64,000 nt of DNA. It comes from Ignavibacteriota bacterium. GTDB taxonomy: Bacteria > Bacteroidota > Ignavibacteria > UBA10030. Shown one piece after another: positions 37,741 to 46,029 of the stretch; positions within the stretch are counted from its first letter, which is position 1; each line of letters starts with the position of its first letter. The notes under the pieces were generated by a model. The model searched no databases. It was given only the letters and a program-made list of their open reading frames with translations, and was not told the origin of the DNA. The stretch covers positions 59,451-123,450 of the forward strand of contig JAKEEG010000075.1 in assembly GCA_022616555.1 (NCBI GenBank). Direction: 5' to 3'. A program made the position numbers and the translations under genes.

Positions 37741-38244
37741 ATGACCACTCGAACAAAAGCATTACTGGCATCGACAAGTGTTTTAGTTTTGACCGTAATA
37801 CACCATGTGTACGGAGCGGTCATATACGACACGCCTTGGCGCCTTCATATCGTTGCAGTCGCCGTTCCCGCGATTGTGCTCTTATTCGCCTTCGATCTAA
37901 TGCAGCAGCGCCAGCCTTCAACGCGACTCGGCAAAGCATCTCGTGCGCTCTCTACCATGATAACGGCTCTTCTGCCGATTGCCGGCATCGGCTTGTTTGA
38001 AGGCGGCTATAACCATACCATAAAAAATATACTGTACTTCGCCGACATTTCTCAAGACACGTTCAATCGGTTGTTTCCGCCTCCGACATATGAAATTCCA
38101 AACGATTTCCTCTTTGAAGCGACTGGTGTTTTACAGTTTTTCCTCGGACTCCTTTCAGTGTATTATCTGATAAAACTGTGGAAGGAGAAAGTCGAGCTTG
38201 CGTATGAATCAACAATCCAAACAAACGTTAACGCTTCCCGTTGA
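37741..38244 (+). CDS. Hypothetical 4-TM membrane protein with intramembrane His residues
   Basis: HHVYG, WRLH, EGGYNH, FEATG. Lies within the cop operon. Confidence 0.75.
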   Translation: MTTRTKALLASTSVLVLTVIHHVYGAVIYDTPWRLHIVAVAVPAIVLLFAFDLMQQRQPSTRLGKASRALSTMITALLPIAGIGLFEGGYNHTIKNILYFADISQDTFNRLFPPPTYEIPNDFLFEATGVLQFFLGLLSVYYLIKLWKEKVELAYESTIQTNVNASR

Positions 38245-40456
38245 AGGCATGACCTGCGCAAGCTGCGTGCTGCGCGTGGAGAAAGCCCTCAAGGAAGTAG
38301 ACGGCGTGGAGATTGCCAACGTGAACCTCGCGACAGAAAAGGTCACGCTCGCATACGACCCCGCAACCGTCCAGCTTTCAAGCCTTGCCAAAGCAGTCGA
38401 TGAGGCTGGTTACAGGCTGCTCGTGCCGGAAGATGCACAACCTTCCGAAGGTTTCAAACCTTCGGAAGGGTCAGTGCACGTACACGAAGACCACACGGGC
38501 AAGGCGTACGAGCAGCTCAAGCGCGAGTTTATTTTTAGCGCGGCGCTAACACTCCCCATCATGCTCGTCAGCATGACGATGATGACGGAGTGGTTCATGT
38601 CGTGGTCCCCGCTTTCGATGGCGGACGTGAACAAGCTCCTCCTCATTGGCACGACGCTCATCATGGCCGTCTCTGCGCGGCGGTTTTTCGCCATAGCTTG
38701 GAAGCTTGCGAAGCACTTCACCGCCGACATGAACACGCTCGTCGCTGTGGGCACCGGCACGGCATACCTGTATAGCGCTCTGGTGGTACTGTTCCCCGAT
38801 TGGTTACCAATCGACAATGCCGCCGAGCATATTTATTTCGATACTGCCGCCGTCATCGTCACTCTTATTCTGATGGGCAGGCTGTTGGAAGCCAAGGCAA
38901 AACATAGCACGTCGGATGCAATCAAGAAACTGCTCGGTCTCCAGCCAAAAACCGCCCGTGTCATTCGAGATGGAAAAGAACTCGACATCGCTATTAACGA
39001 TGTTGTGAAAAACGACATCGTCGTCGTGCGGCCCGGCGAAAAGATCGCCGTGGACGGCATCATTACCAAAGGCTATACCTCCGTAGACGAATCTCTCATC
39101 ACAGGCGAAAGCATCCCGGTCGAAAAATCCGCGGGACAGAAAGTTATCGGCGGCACAATCAATAAAAACGGCAGTATTGAATTCCGCGCGACGGCCGTAG
39201 GCAGAGACACTGTCATCGCGCAGATTGTGAAGTTTGTCGAAGACGCTCAGGGCTCCAAAGCTCCTATTCAGCGACTGGCGGATAAAATCGCCGCCTTCTT
39301 TGTGCCCACTGTAATGGCGATTGCGGTAGTGACGTTCCTCGCATGGCTGTTCATCGGCGGACTGCCGTTTTCCGCCGCGATGATTAACTTCATCGCCGTG
39401 CTCATCATCGCCTGCCCGTGCGCGCTGGGGCTTGCCACGCCCACGGCAATTATGGTCGGGACCGGAATCGGCGCAACAAAGGGCATACTCATCAAGAACG
39501 CCGAGAGCCTTGAGCGAGCACACAAAACTCAGGTTGTCGTGCTGGATAAGACCGGTACCATCACCGAAGGCAAGCCGCAAGTGACCGACGTGTTGGTTTT
39601 GAACGGCATGCCCGAGCAAACGCTCCTGCAGCGCGCGGCCGCTCTGGAAATCAAATCCGAGCACCCTTTAGGACTGGCAATAGTCGAGCGAGCGCGGACG
39701 CACTTATTGGCAATACCCAAGGTCGAGTCCTTCCAATCAATGCCCGGACTCGGCGTCACAGCTGTCGTTGAAGGCGACGCGGTGGCTATCGGCAACATGG
39801 CGATGATGAAGGAGTATTCGGTTCACAGCGCCGAAGCCGAGTCTGCGGCATCAAAGCTTTCCGTGCAGGGCAAAACGTCCGTATTCATTGCCATCAACGG
39901 CGCAATGGCGGGCGTGATCGGCATTGCAGATACGCTGAAGCCCACGTCACGGGAAGCCATCGCACAGCTCAAGCGTATGAGCCTCGAAGTCGTGATGATC
40001 ACCGGCGACAACGCCCGCACAGCCGAAGCCATTGCCCGCGAAGCGGGAGTTGACCGCGTGATAGCGGAAGTCCTGCCCGACCAAAAAGCTGCACGTGTCA
40101 AGGAGCTGCAATCAGAAGGCAAGATCGTCGCAATGGTCGGCGACGGCGTGAACGACGCACCCGCGCTTGCTCAAGCCGACGTGGGCATCGCCATGGCAAG
40201 CGGCACCGACGTGGCGATGGAGACCGCCGACATCACGCTGATGAAAAACGATTTGCTTAGCGTCGTGGAAGCGATACGGCTTTCGCATAACACCATTCGC
40301 GCTATTCGGCAGAACCTCTTCTGGGCGTTTATTTATAACGTTGTCGGCATACCCATTGCGGCGCTGGGATTGCTCAATCCCATCTATGCCGCGGCGGCGA
40401 TGGCATTCAGCTCGGTGAGCGTGGTGTTGAATTCGTTGCGTCTGCGGTATTCATAA
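38198..40456 (+). CDS. copA: Cu(I)-exporting P1B-type ATPase
   Basis: [40 protein letters not shown] and MAFSS Cu-specific motifs. Confidence 0.97.
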   Translation: MRMNQQSKQTLTLPVEGMTCASCVLRVEKALKEVDGVEIANVNLATEKVTLAYDPATVQLSSLAKAVDEAGYRLLVPEDAQPSEGFKPSEGSVHVHEDHTGKAYEQLKREFIFSAALTLPIMLVSMTMMTEWFMSWSPLSMADVNKLLLIGTTLIMAVSARRFFAIAWKLAKHFTADMNTLVAVGTGTAYLYSALVVLFPDWLPIDNAAEHIYFDTAAVIVTLILMGRLLEAKAKHSTSDAIKKLLGLQPKTARVIRDGKELDIAINDVVKNDIVVVRPGEKIAVDGIITKGYTSVDESLITGESIPVEKSAGQKVIGGTINKNGSIEFRATAVGRDTVIAQIVKFVEDAQGSKAPIQRLADKIAAFFVPTVMAIAVVTFLAWLFIGGLPFSAAMINFIAVLIIACPCALGLATPTAIMVGTGIGATKGILIKNAESLERAHKTQVVVLDKTGTITEGKPQVTDVLVLNGMPEQTLLQRAAALEIKSEHPLGLAIVERARTHLLAIPKVESFQSMPGLGVTAVVEGDAVAIGNMAMMKEYSVHSAEAESAASKLSVQGKTSVFIAINGAMAGVIGIADTLKPTSREAIAQLKRMSLEVVMITGDNARTAEAIAREAGVDRVIAEVLPDQKAARVKELQSEGKIVAMVGDGVNDAPALAQADVGIAMASGTDVAMETADITLMKNDLLSVVEAIRLSHNTIRAIRQNLFWAFIYNVVGIPIAALGLLNPIYAAAAMAFSSVSVVLNSLRLRYS

Positions 40457-40614
40457 AGGCAATCTCCCATCCCTTTTCCCGAAGGGATGGCTTTGCCAAC
40501 GGGAGGGGACTAAGTGGAGGGCGGTTCTCCACTCCCACATCGCATATCCCATATCACACAACTCTTTACATTCCAACGCATTATACGATTTTACATTATT
40601 TGTAATTTTTTCTC

Positions 40615-40643
40615 TTGACTTTTTCATATTGCTACATTACATT
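40615..40643 (+). promoter_or_regulatory. Near-consensus sigma70 promoter with no ORF for about 600 nt downstream
   Basis: TTGACT-N17-TACATT with an AT-rich upstream element. Confidence 0.7.
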
Positions 40644-40669
40644 ATATATCAATAATAATTCAATATCGT

Positions 40670-40945
40670 TGTTGTTCTAAACGAGCGTTAACCTCCGGAC
40701 GACGGTCTGCAGGCCAGAACCCGGAGCATCTAGAGAACAGCACATCATCAGCGTATAATCCTAACAAGGCGTCCCTCTCAGAGTCCTCTGTAAGGGCCTA
40801 CGACACGTAATCCGCCATAAGCGGATCACGGGCTCTGGACTCTCTGAGTCGGCTCCGCGGGCTTGTTCCCGACCGGGGCGTGCCGTGTGAATCTATTTGT
40901 CGTCAACTCCTCTCTCGCCGCGGTGCGGCGCCTTTCTGTTAGGAT
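40670..40945. ncRNA. Candidate structured non-coding RNA (unknown family, strand uncertain)
   Basis: Hairpin 40670-40742, closing stem 40758-40773/40927-40945, long hairpin 40777-40848, GTCGG/CCGAC 40848-40874. GC-rich island in an AT-rich spacer. Confidence 0.5.
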
Positions 40946-41056
40946 GTAGAAAGTAGAGAGCAAATAAGCACTAAGTAGTAAGACAAAAAACATACCGACC
41001 CGATAAGCTTCCAGTCAAAAGACTGCTTCTCCCTGTGAATCCCAAAAAAGGTTATC

Positions 41057-41080
41057 GTAGGGGCACGACATGTCGTGCCC
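41057..41080. repeat. GTAG-tagged REP palindrome
   Basis: GTAG followed by the perfect 20-bp palindrome GGGCACGACATGTCGTGCCC. Confidence 0.8.
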
Positions 41081-41130
41081 TTGGCCGGCCGTTCGCGCCC
41101 GTTAAGGCAGGGGTGTGCCCTCTCATATGC

Positions 41131-41191
41131 CGTCACCCCGAACTTGTCTCGGGGTCTATCTTTTAGATGCTGAAACGAGTTCAGCATGACG
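41131..41191. repeat. CGTC-tagged REP-like double hairpin
   Basis: CGTCACCCCGAACTTGTCTCGGGGTCT...AGATGCTGAAACGAGTTCAGCATGACG. Confidence 0.8.
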
Positions 41192-41270
41192 TTTTACTCG
41201 GCTTATTGCTTAAGCAGAAAGGATTTTGTAGGTTTAGGGCAATCCTTCCCTAACATATCACTTTCGAACC

Positions 41271-41654
41271 TTGGAAATCATTGTTGAAATTTTGTTAGGT
41301 TTACTCGGTGAGTTATTTCAGATGCTCATCGGAGAGCTCCTTGCGGAATTAGGTGCCAGCTCTTTCAAGCCCCAACGCGAAACAAACAGAATCGTCGCAT
41401 TAATCGGGTGCTTGTTTCTTGGGGCATTCTTTGGGTATCTGGGTTTGTTGATCTACCCACACAGAATTGTGAAAGAACCGATTCTTCCTGGCGTAAGTCT
41501 TGTCGCTGTGCCGGTGTTAGCTGGATTGGTCATGCATTATGTTGGTGAATGGAAAAAAGAACGAGGAAAACAAACCTCCACCATCGCAACATTCTGGGGA
41601 GGAGCAATCTTTGCCTTTGGTTCATCGTTGATCAGATTCTTAGCCATGAAATAA
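41271..41654 (+). CDS. Hypothetical membrane protein
   Basis: Hydrophobic 127-aa ORF. Promoter TTGCTT-17-TAGGTT at 41206-41234. Confidence 0.65.
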   Translation: MEIIVEILLGLLGELFQMLIGELLAELGASSFKPQRETNRIVALIGCLFLGAFFGYLGLLIYPHRIVKEPILPGVSLVAVPVLAGLVMHYVGEWKKERGKQTSTIATFWGGAIFAFGSSLIRFLAMK

Positions 41655-41667
41655 TATCACTCCCCAA

Positions 41668-42651
41668 ATGCACTTCAACCACTTAGGCCGCACAAACTGG
41701 AACGTCTCCGCCATCAGCTTTGGAGCGTGGGCGATTGGCAGTACGTGGGGTCCCGTTAACGACTCCGACTCCCTCGCCGCGCTGCACAGGGCATTGGACT
41801 TAGGCGTGAATTTCTTCGATACTGCCGATGTATACGGCGACGGGCATAGCGAGCAGCTCTTAGCAAAACTTAGAAAAGAGCGAAGCGAGCCGTTTTACAT
41901 CGCCACAAAAGCCGGCAGGCGGCTGAATCCGCACACGGCGGCGGGATACAACAAAAAGAACCTCACAGCGTTTGTCGAGCAGAGCCTTAAGAACCTCAAT
42001 ACCGAAGCCATCGACCTCCTGCAACTCCACTGTCCCCCGACAGAAGTGTATTCGAGGCCGGAGGTGTTCGGCCTGTTGGACGACCTTGTGCGGGATGGAA
42101 AACTGCAATATTACGGCGTGAGCGTGGAGAAAATCAATGAGGCGCTGAAAGCTATCGAGTATCCCAACGTCCAAAGCGTACAGATTATTTTTAACATCTT
42201 CCGGCAAAAACCCGCAGAGCGGTTTTTCGCGGAAGCCAAACGCCGCAAGGTGGGAATCCTTGCTCGTCTGCCACTGTCATCCGGCATGCTGAGCGGAAAA
42301 TTCACGCGCACGAGCACATTCCACAAAGACGACCACAGGGCGTTTAACCGGAACGGAGAGGAGTTCGACAAGGGCGAGACGTTCTCCGGCTTGGACTACA
42401 ACGTAAGCCTGGAAGCCGTGGAAGCAATCCGCCCACTCGTTCCAAAAGGCTGGACGATGGCACAGTTGGCGTTGCGGTGGATATTGATGTTCCAGGAAGT
42501 CACATGCGCAATCCCCGGCGCAAAGCGTCCCAACCAGGCGGAAGAGAATATTAAAGCCGGATCCCTCCCGCCGCTGGATGGTGAAACGATGAAAAAACTT
42601 AAAGAGGTATACGATAGCTTCGCACGCCCGCACGTGCATGAGTTGTGGTGA
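41668..42651 (+). CDS. Aldo/keto reductase
   Basis: FFDTADVYGDGHSE, IATK, IDLLQLH, AQLALRW, AIPGAK. Confidence 0.95.
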   Translation: MHFNHLGRTNWNVSAISFGAWAIGSTWGPVNDSDSLAALHRALDLGVNFFDTADVYGDGHSEQLLAKLRKERSEPFYIATKAGRRLNPHTAAGYNKKNLTAFVEQSLKNLNTEAIDLLQLHCPPTEVYSRPEVFGLLDDLVRDGKLQYYGVSVEKINEALKAIEYPNVQSVQIIFNIFRQKPAERFFAEAKRRKVGILARLPLSSGMLSGKFTRTSTFHKDDHRAFNRNGEEFDKGETFSGLDYNVSLEAVEAIRPLVPKGWTMAQLALRWILMFQEVTCAIPGAKRPNQAEENIKAGSLPPLDGETMKKLKEVYDSFARPHVHELW

Positions 42652-42781
42652 TGATGCGTCCAATTCCTGTGACGTAAAGCCTCGAAAAAAGACGCAAGGT
42701 TTTGGCTCTCTTCATAAGGATTTTTCACTACGTCTTTTTGAGCGTCTCGCCGTCAGTATGAGTGGAAAGGAGGGTAATACC

Positions 42782-42859
42782 ATGGACATCCTCAATAACG
42801 ATGGATGCTGCGGCGGCGATTCGTACAGTTGCGGCGATACCGATTGTGGTTGTTGCTAG
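42782..42859 (+). CDS. Small Cys-rich peptide MDILNNDGCCGGDSYSCGDTDCGCC (25 aa)
   Basis: Strong SD AAAGGAGGGT before the ATG. 6 Cys. Downstream hairpin at 42919-42941. Confidence 0.7.
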   Translation: MDILNNDGCCGGDSYSCGDTDCGCC

Positions 42860-42918
42860 CAACCGACCGTCATGTGCACCGTATACGGTTATTGCTTGCA
42901 CGTAACCTTATCCCGGAC

Positions 42919-42941
42919 GGAGGCGATGTTGACCCGCCTCC
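42919..42941 (+). terminator. Hairpin after the Cys-rich peptide
   Basis: GGAGGCG-9nt-CGCCTCC, with no clear U-tract. Confidence 0.4.
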
Positions 42942-43017
42942 CTCTCGTGGGGCTATGGGAACTCTTTCTAAGTTAATCCGTGTTACACTGCCACAACGAT
43001 TATTATTTCCATACGCT

Positions 43018-43569
43018 ATGGCAGAGATACTCGCAACAGAACAGATTTGGGAAACATTTCACCAGGACCTCCACTCGTTCATCCGCAGGCGCGTGAAGGA
43101 CGAGGACATGAGCAAAGACATCTTGCAAGATGTCTTTCTCAAAATCCATCTCAAAGCTCATACGCTGCGCGAGAGCGACCGCCTTGCCGGATGGGTGTAT
43201 CAAATCACCCGCAACAGTATGCTGGACTATTTCCGGTCGCGTAAGAATTCCACAGTACTGCCAGACATTCTGCCCGAACTTCCCGATGAAAAAGCGGAGG
43301 ACAATTACAATCGAGAGATAGCCGAGTGTGTTAAACCGATGATTGACCGACTCCCGGAACTGTACCGGGAGGCGTTGTTGCACACTGAACTCGGCGATCT
43401 CTCACAAAAGGAATACGCACAGAAAATCGGGATTTCGTACACCGGCGCAAAATCGCGTGTGCAACGTGCCCGCGCACTACTCGTTCAACTCCTCGACGAA
43501 TGTTGTCGCATAGAAGCTGATACATACGGCAACCTCATTGAAGTCGAAGCCAAATCTGCCTGTTGTTAG
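43018..43569 (+). CDS. sigZ: ECF sigma factor, SigZ type, with C-terminal CC motifs
   Basis: DILQDVFLKIH, WVYQITRN, SYTGAKSRVQRAR, ECCRIEADTYGN...ACC. ECF-like GGAACT-N15-CGTG at 42958-42982. Confidence 0.85.
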   Translation: MAEILATEQIWETFHQDLHSFIRRRVKDEDMSKDILQDVFLKIHLKAHTLRESDRLAGWVYQITRNSMLDYFRSRKNSTVLPDILPELPDEKAEDNYNREIAECVKPMIDRLPELYREALLHTELGDLSQKEYAQKIGISYTGAKSRVQRARALLVQLLDECCRIEADTYGNLIEVEAKSACC

Positions 43570-43671
43570 CAGTTTTTTGTTTATTCCATCCATAATTTTC
43601 CCTTCTGGCATTTGTCCTACTTTTTTTGCACTTTAGAAGCGCATTTTTTTCCTCACTACGATATTGTTTGA

Positions 43672-45804
43672 ATGAATCATAAACGAGAGGCAACCCCCTC
43701 CGCTGAAGTGCTCGCCGTCCAGCTGCGCCAGCTTTCCCGAAATCTCTGGTGGGTGTGGAATCCGGACGCGCAAACTATCTTCAAAGAACTTTCTCCCCTC
43801 GTCTGGGAGCGTTCCAACCACAACGCAGTCGCGGTCTTCCGCGAAATCTCCCAAAAAGAGCTGAGCGCACGGCTGCTAGAGCCGGACTTCGCCCGTATAG
43901 TCCGGCACGTGATTGCAGAATTCCACGCTTACATGGACGAAAAGAAAACCTGGTCGGTTGAGCTTCTGCCCGACTTCAAACAGCCCGTGGCGTACTTCAG
44001 CGCGGAATACGGCATGCATGAGTCAATCCCAATCTACTCAGGCGGGTTGGGCATCCTGTCCGGCGACCATATTAAGTCCGCAAGCGACTTGGGACTTCCC
44101 TTCATCGGCGTTGGCTTGTTCTACCGGCACGGCTATTTCCAACAGCGCATCGGTCCGGACGGCTGGCAGCAGGAGCTTTACCCGATGAATGACCCGGAAA
44201 ACTTGCCGGTGGAACTCGTCGAGCGCCCGGAAGGCGGCAGGCTGTTGAACTCCGTGGAGATCGGGCACAGCGTGGTGTATTTTCAGACATGGAAAATACA
44301 AGTGGGGCGCGCGCCGCTGTACTTGCTGGACACGAATTTACCGGAGAACGACCAGCACTATCAAGGTTTGACGTCGCATGTGTACGGCGGCGATATCGAC
44401 ACGCGCATCGGGCAGGAAATCATGCTGGGCATTGGGGGCGTGAGGCTCCTGCGTTCCCTCGGCATCGAGCCGTCGGTGTACCACATGAACGAGGGACACT
44501 CGGCGTTTCTGGTTCTCGAATTGCTGCGCGAAGAGCTGAAAGCCGGAAAAACACTCGAAGCTGCGGAGAAGGCGGTCCGGGGAAAATGTTTGTTCACCAC
44601 TCATACACCGGTACCGGCCGGACATGACCGTTTCAGCAATGACCTGATGCAACACTCGCTCGGAAAATTTTGGAGCTCCACAGGGTTAGAGCACGGCCAC
44701 TTGATGTCGTACGGACGGGTGGACCCGAAAAATAACGACGAACAGTTTACCATGACGGTGCTTGCACTGAAGATGTCCCGCGCAGCAAACGGCGTAAGCG
44801 AACTGCACGGGCGAGTGAGCCGCGAAATGTGGAAGCAGCTCTACCATACGGACGACCTGAACGAAGTCCCCATCGGCTACATCACCAACGGTGTTCACAC
44901 GCCAAGCTGGGCGACCATCAGGGCACACGACTTTTGGAACAAGCGCCTCGGGTTGGACTGGACGGATAAGCTCGTCAATCCAAAATTCTGGGCGAAGATC
45001 GACGAGGACGGCCTTGCCAGCGACGAAGAGCTGTGGGCGCTGCGAACCACGCTCCGCCGCGAGCTGGTGGAGTTCGTGCGGAAACGGCAGTGGGAGCTGC
45101 ACTACCGCGGGGGCGGCGATGGCCCGTCGGGCATCGAGAGGCTGCTTTCGCCGGATATATTGACGGTTTGTTTCGCGCGACGCTTTGCAACATACAAACG
45201 AGCACCGTTGTTTTTCAAACACCTGGAAAAAATGATTCCGTTGTTCAACAACCCGCAACGGCCCGTACAACTCATCTATGCCGGCAAGGCACATCCCCGC
45301 GATAACGAGGGCAAGAAATTTATTCAGCAGGTGGTGGAATTTTCGCGCAACCCGCAATTGTACGGCAAGGTTGTCTTTATTGAAAATTACGACATCAACG
45401 TTGCGCGGCACATGGTGGCGGGCGCGGACGTGTGGTTGAACAACCCGCGACGTCCGCTCGAAGCGAGCGGCACGAGCGGTATGAAAGGCTGCATCCACGG
45501 CGGGCTGAACTTCAGCATACTGGACGGCTGGTGGTGCGAAGGTTACGATGGCGAGAACGGCTGGGCAATCGGCGCGGACTATGCGGAAGGCTCGCTCGAG
45601 GAGCAGGACGAACGCGACTTCGGCTACCTGTACCAAACCCTGACTGAGAGCATCATTCCAGAGTACTACGACCGCGACGAGCACGGCATTCCGCGGAAGT
45701 GGATCGCCCGTATCAGAAAAATGATGAAAACGTTGATTCCCGTGTACAATACCGATAGAATGGTGGCGGAATACGCGTTCAAATATTACGCGTTTCAGAC
45801 ATAA
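43672..45804 (+). CDS. glgP: Alpha-glucan (glycogen) phosphorylase
   Basis: AYFSAEYG, YSGGLGILSGDHIKSASD, HMNEGH, FARRFATYKR, EASGTSGMK, SILDGWW. Confidence 0.97.
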   Translation: MNHKREATPSAEVLAVQLRQLSRNLWWVWNPDAQTIFKELSPLVWERSNHNAVAVFREISQKELSARLLEPDFARIVRHVIAEFHAYMDEKKTWSVELLPDFKQPVAYFSAEYGMHESIPIYSGGLGILSGDHIKSASDLGLPFIGVGLFYRHGYFQQRIGPDGWQQELYPMNDPENLPVELVERPEGGRLLNSVEIGHSVVYFQTWKIQVGRAPLYLLDTNLPENDQHYQGLTSHVYGGDIDTRIGQEIMLGIGGVRLLRSLGIEPSVYHMNEGHSAFLVLELLREELKAGKTLEAAEKAVRGKCLFTTHTPVPAGHDRFSNDLMQHSLGKFWSSTGLEHGHLMSYGRVDPKNNDEQFTMTVLALKMSRAANGVSELHGRVSREMWKQLYHTDDLNEVPIGYITNGVHTPSWATIRAHDFWNKRLGLDWTDKLVNPKFWAKIDEDGLASDEELWALRTTLRRELVEFVRKRQWELHYRGGGDGPSGIERLLSPDILTVCFARRFATYKRAPLFFKHLEKMIPLFNNPQRPVQLIYAGKAHPRDNEGKKFIQQVVEFSRNPQLYGKVVFIENYDINVARHMVAGADVWLNNPRRPLEASGTSGMKGCIHGGLNFSILDGWWCEGYDGENGWAIGADYAEGSLEEQDERDFGYLYQTLTESIIPEYYDRDEHGIPRKWIARIRKMMKTLIPVYNTDRMVAEYAFKYYAFQT

Positions 45805-46029
45805 GAAATCATCCCTCCCCTACCCGACCTACGTAGCCGGGCGAATTTCGCAGGAAAATTCATACTTCCTGGAACGCAGGCGCTTAATATTCATGTTGAT
45901 TATCTTCAAATGCCTGAATATCTTTCGTAGGCTGGCTGTGTGTGCATCACTAATTTTCATAATATAGAGCCCGCTTTGTTCACGTAGAGGTATTCAACAG
46001 TACACAATCGCACGCAATAGCACCGGTAC

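Noticed and set aside
40700-40730. CAGAACCCGG resembling the RNase P RNA 3' motif
   Set aside because: Not followed by CTTA, and there is no GAGGAAAGTCC motif upstream.
40758-40945. Integron attC site (CCTAAC...GTTAGG) or 6S RNA
   Set aside because: About 190 bp exceeds the usual attC length, the L boxes are not evident, and there is no cassette ORF or integrase. The fold is too asymmetric for a typical 6S rod. Kept only as an unknown ncRNA candidate.
42805-43017. 71-aa N-terminal extension of SigZ in the ORF track
   Set aside because: It overlaps the Cys-peptide gene, a hairpin and an ECF-like promoter. Sigma homology begins at ATG 43018.
44686-45684. Long antisense ORFs (e.g. 332 aa opposite glgP, 276 aa opposite ackA, 286 aa opposite copA)
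   Set aside because: Shadow ORFs expected from GC-rich codon usage of well-conserved genes, with no recognisable motifs.
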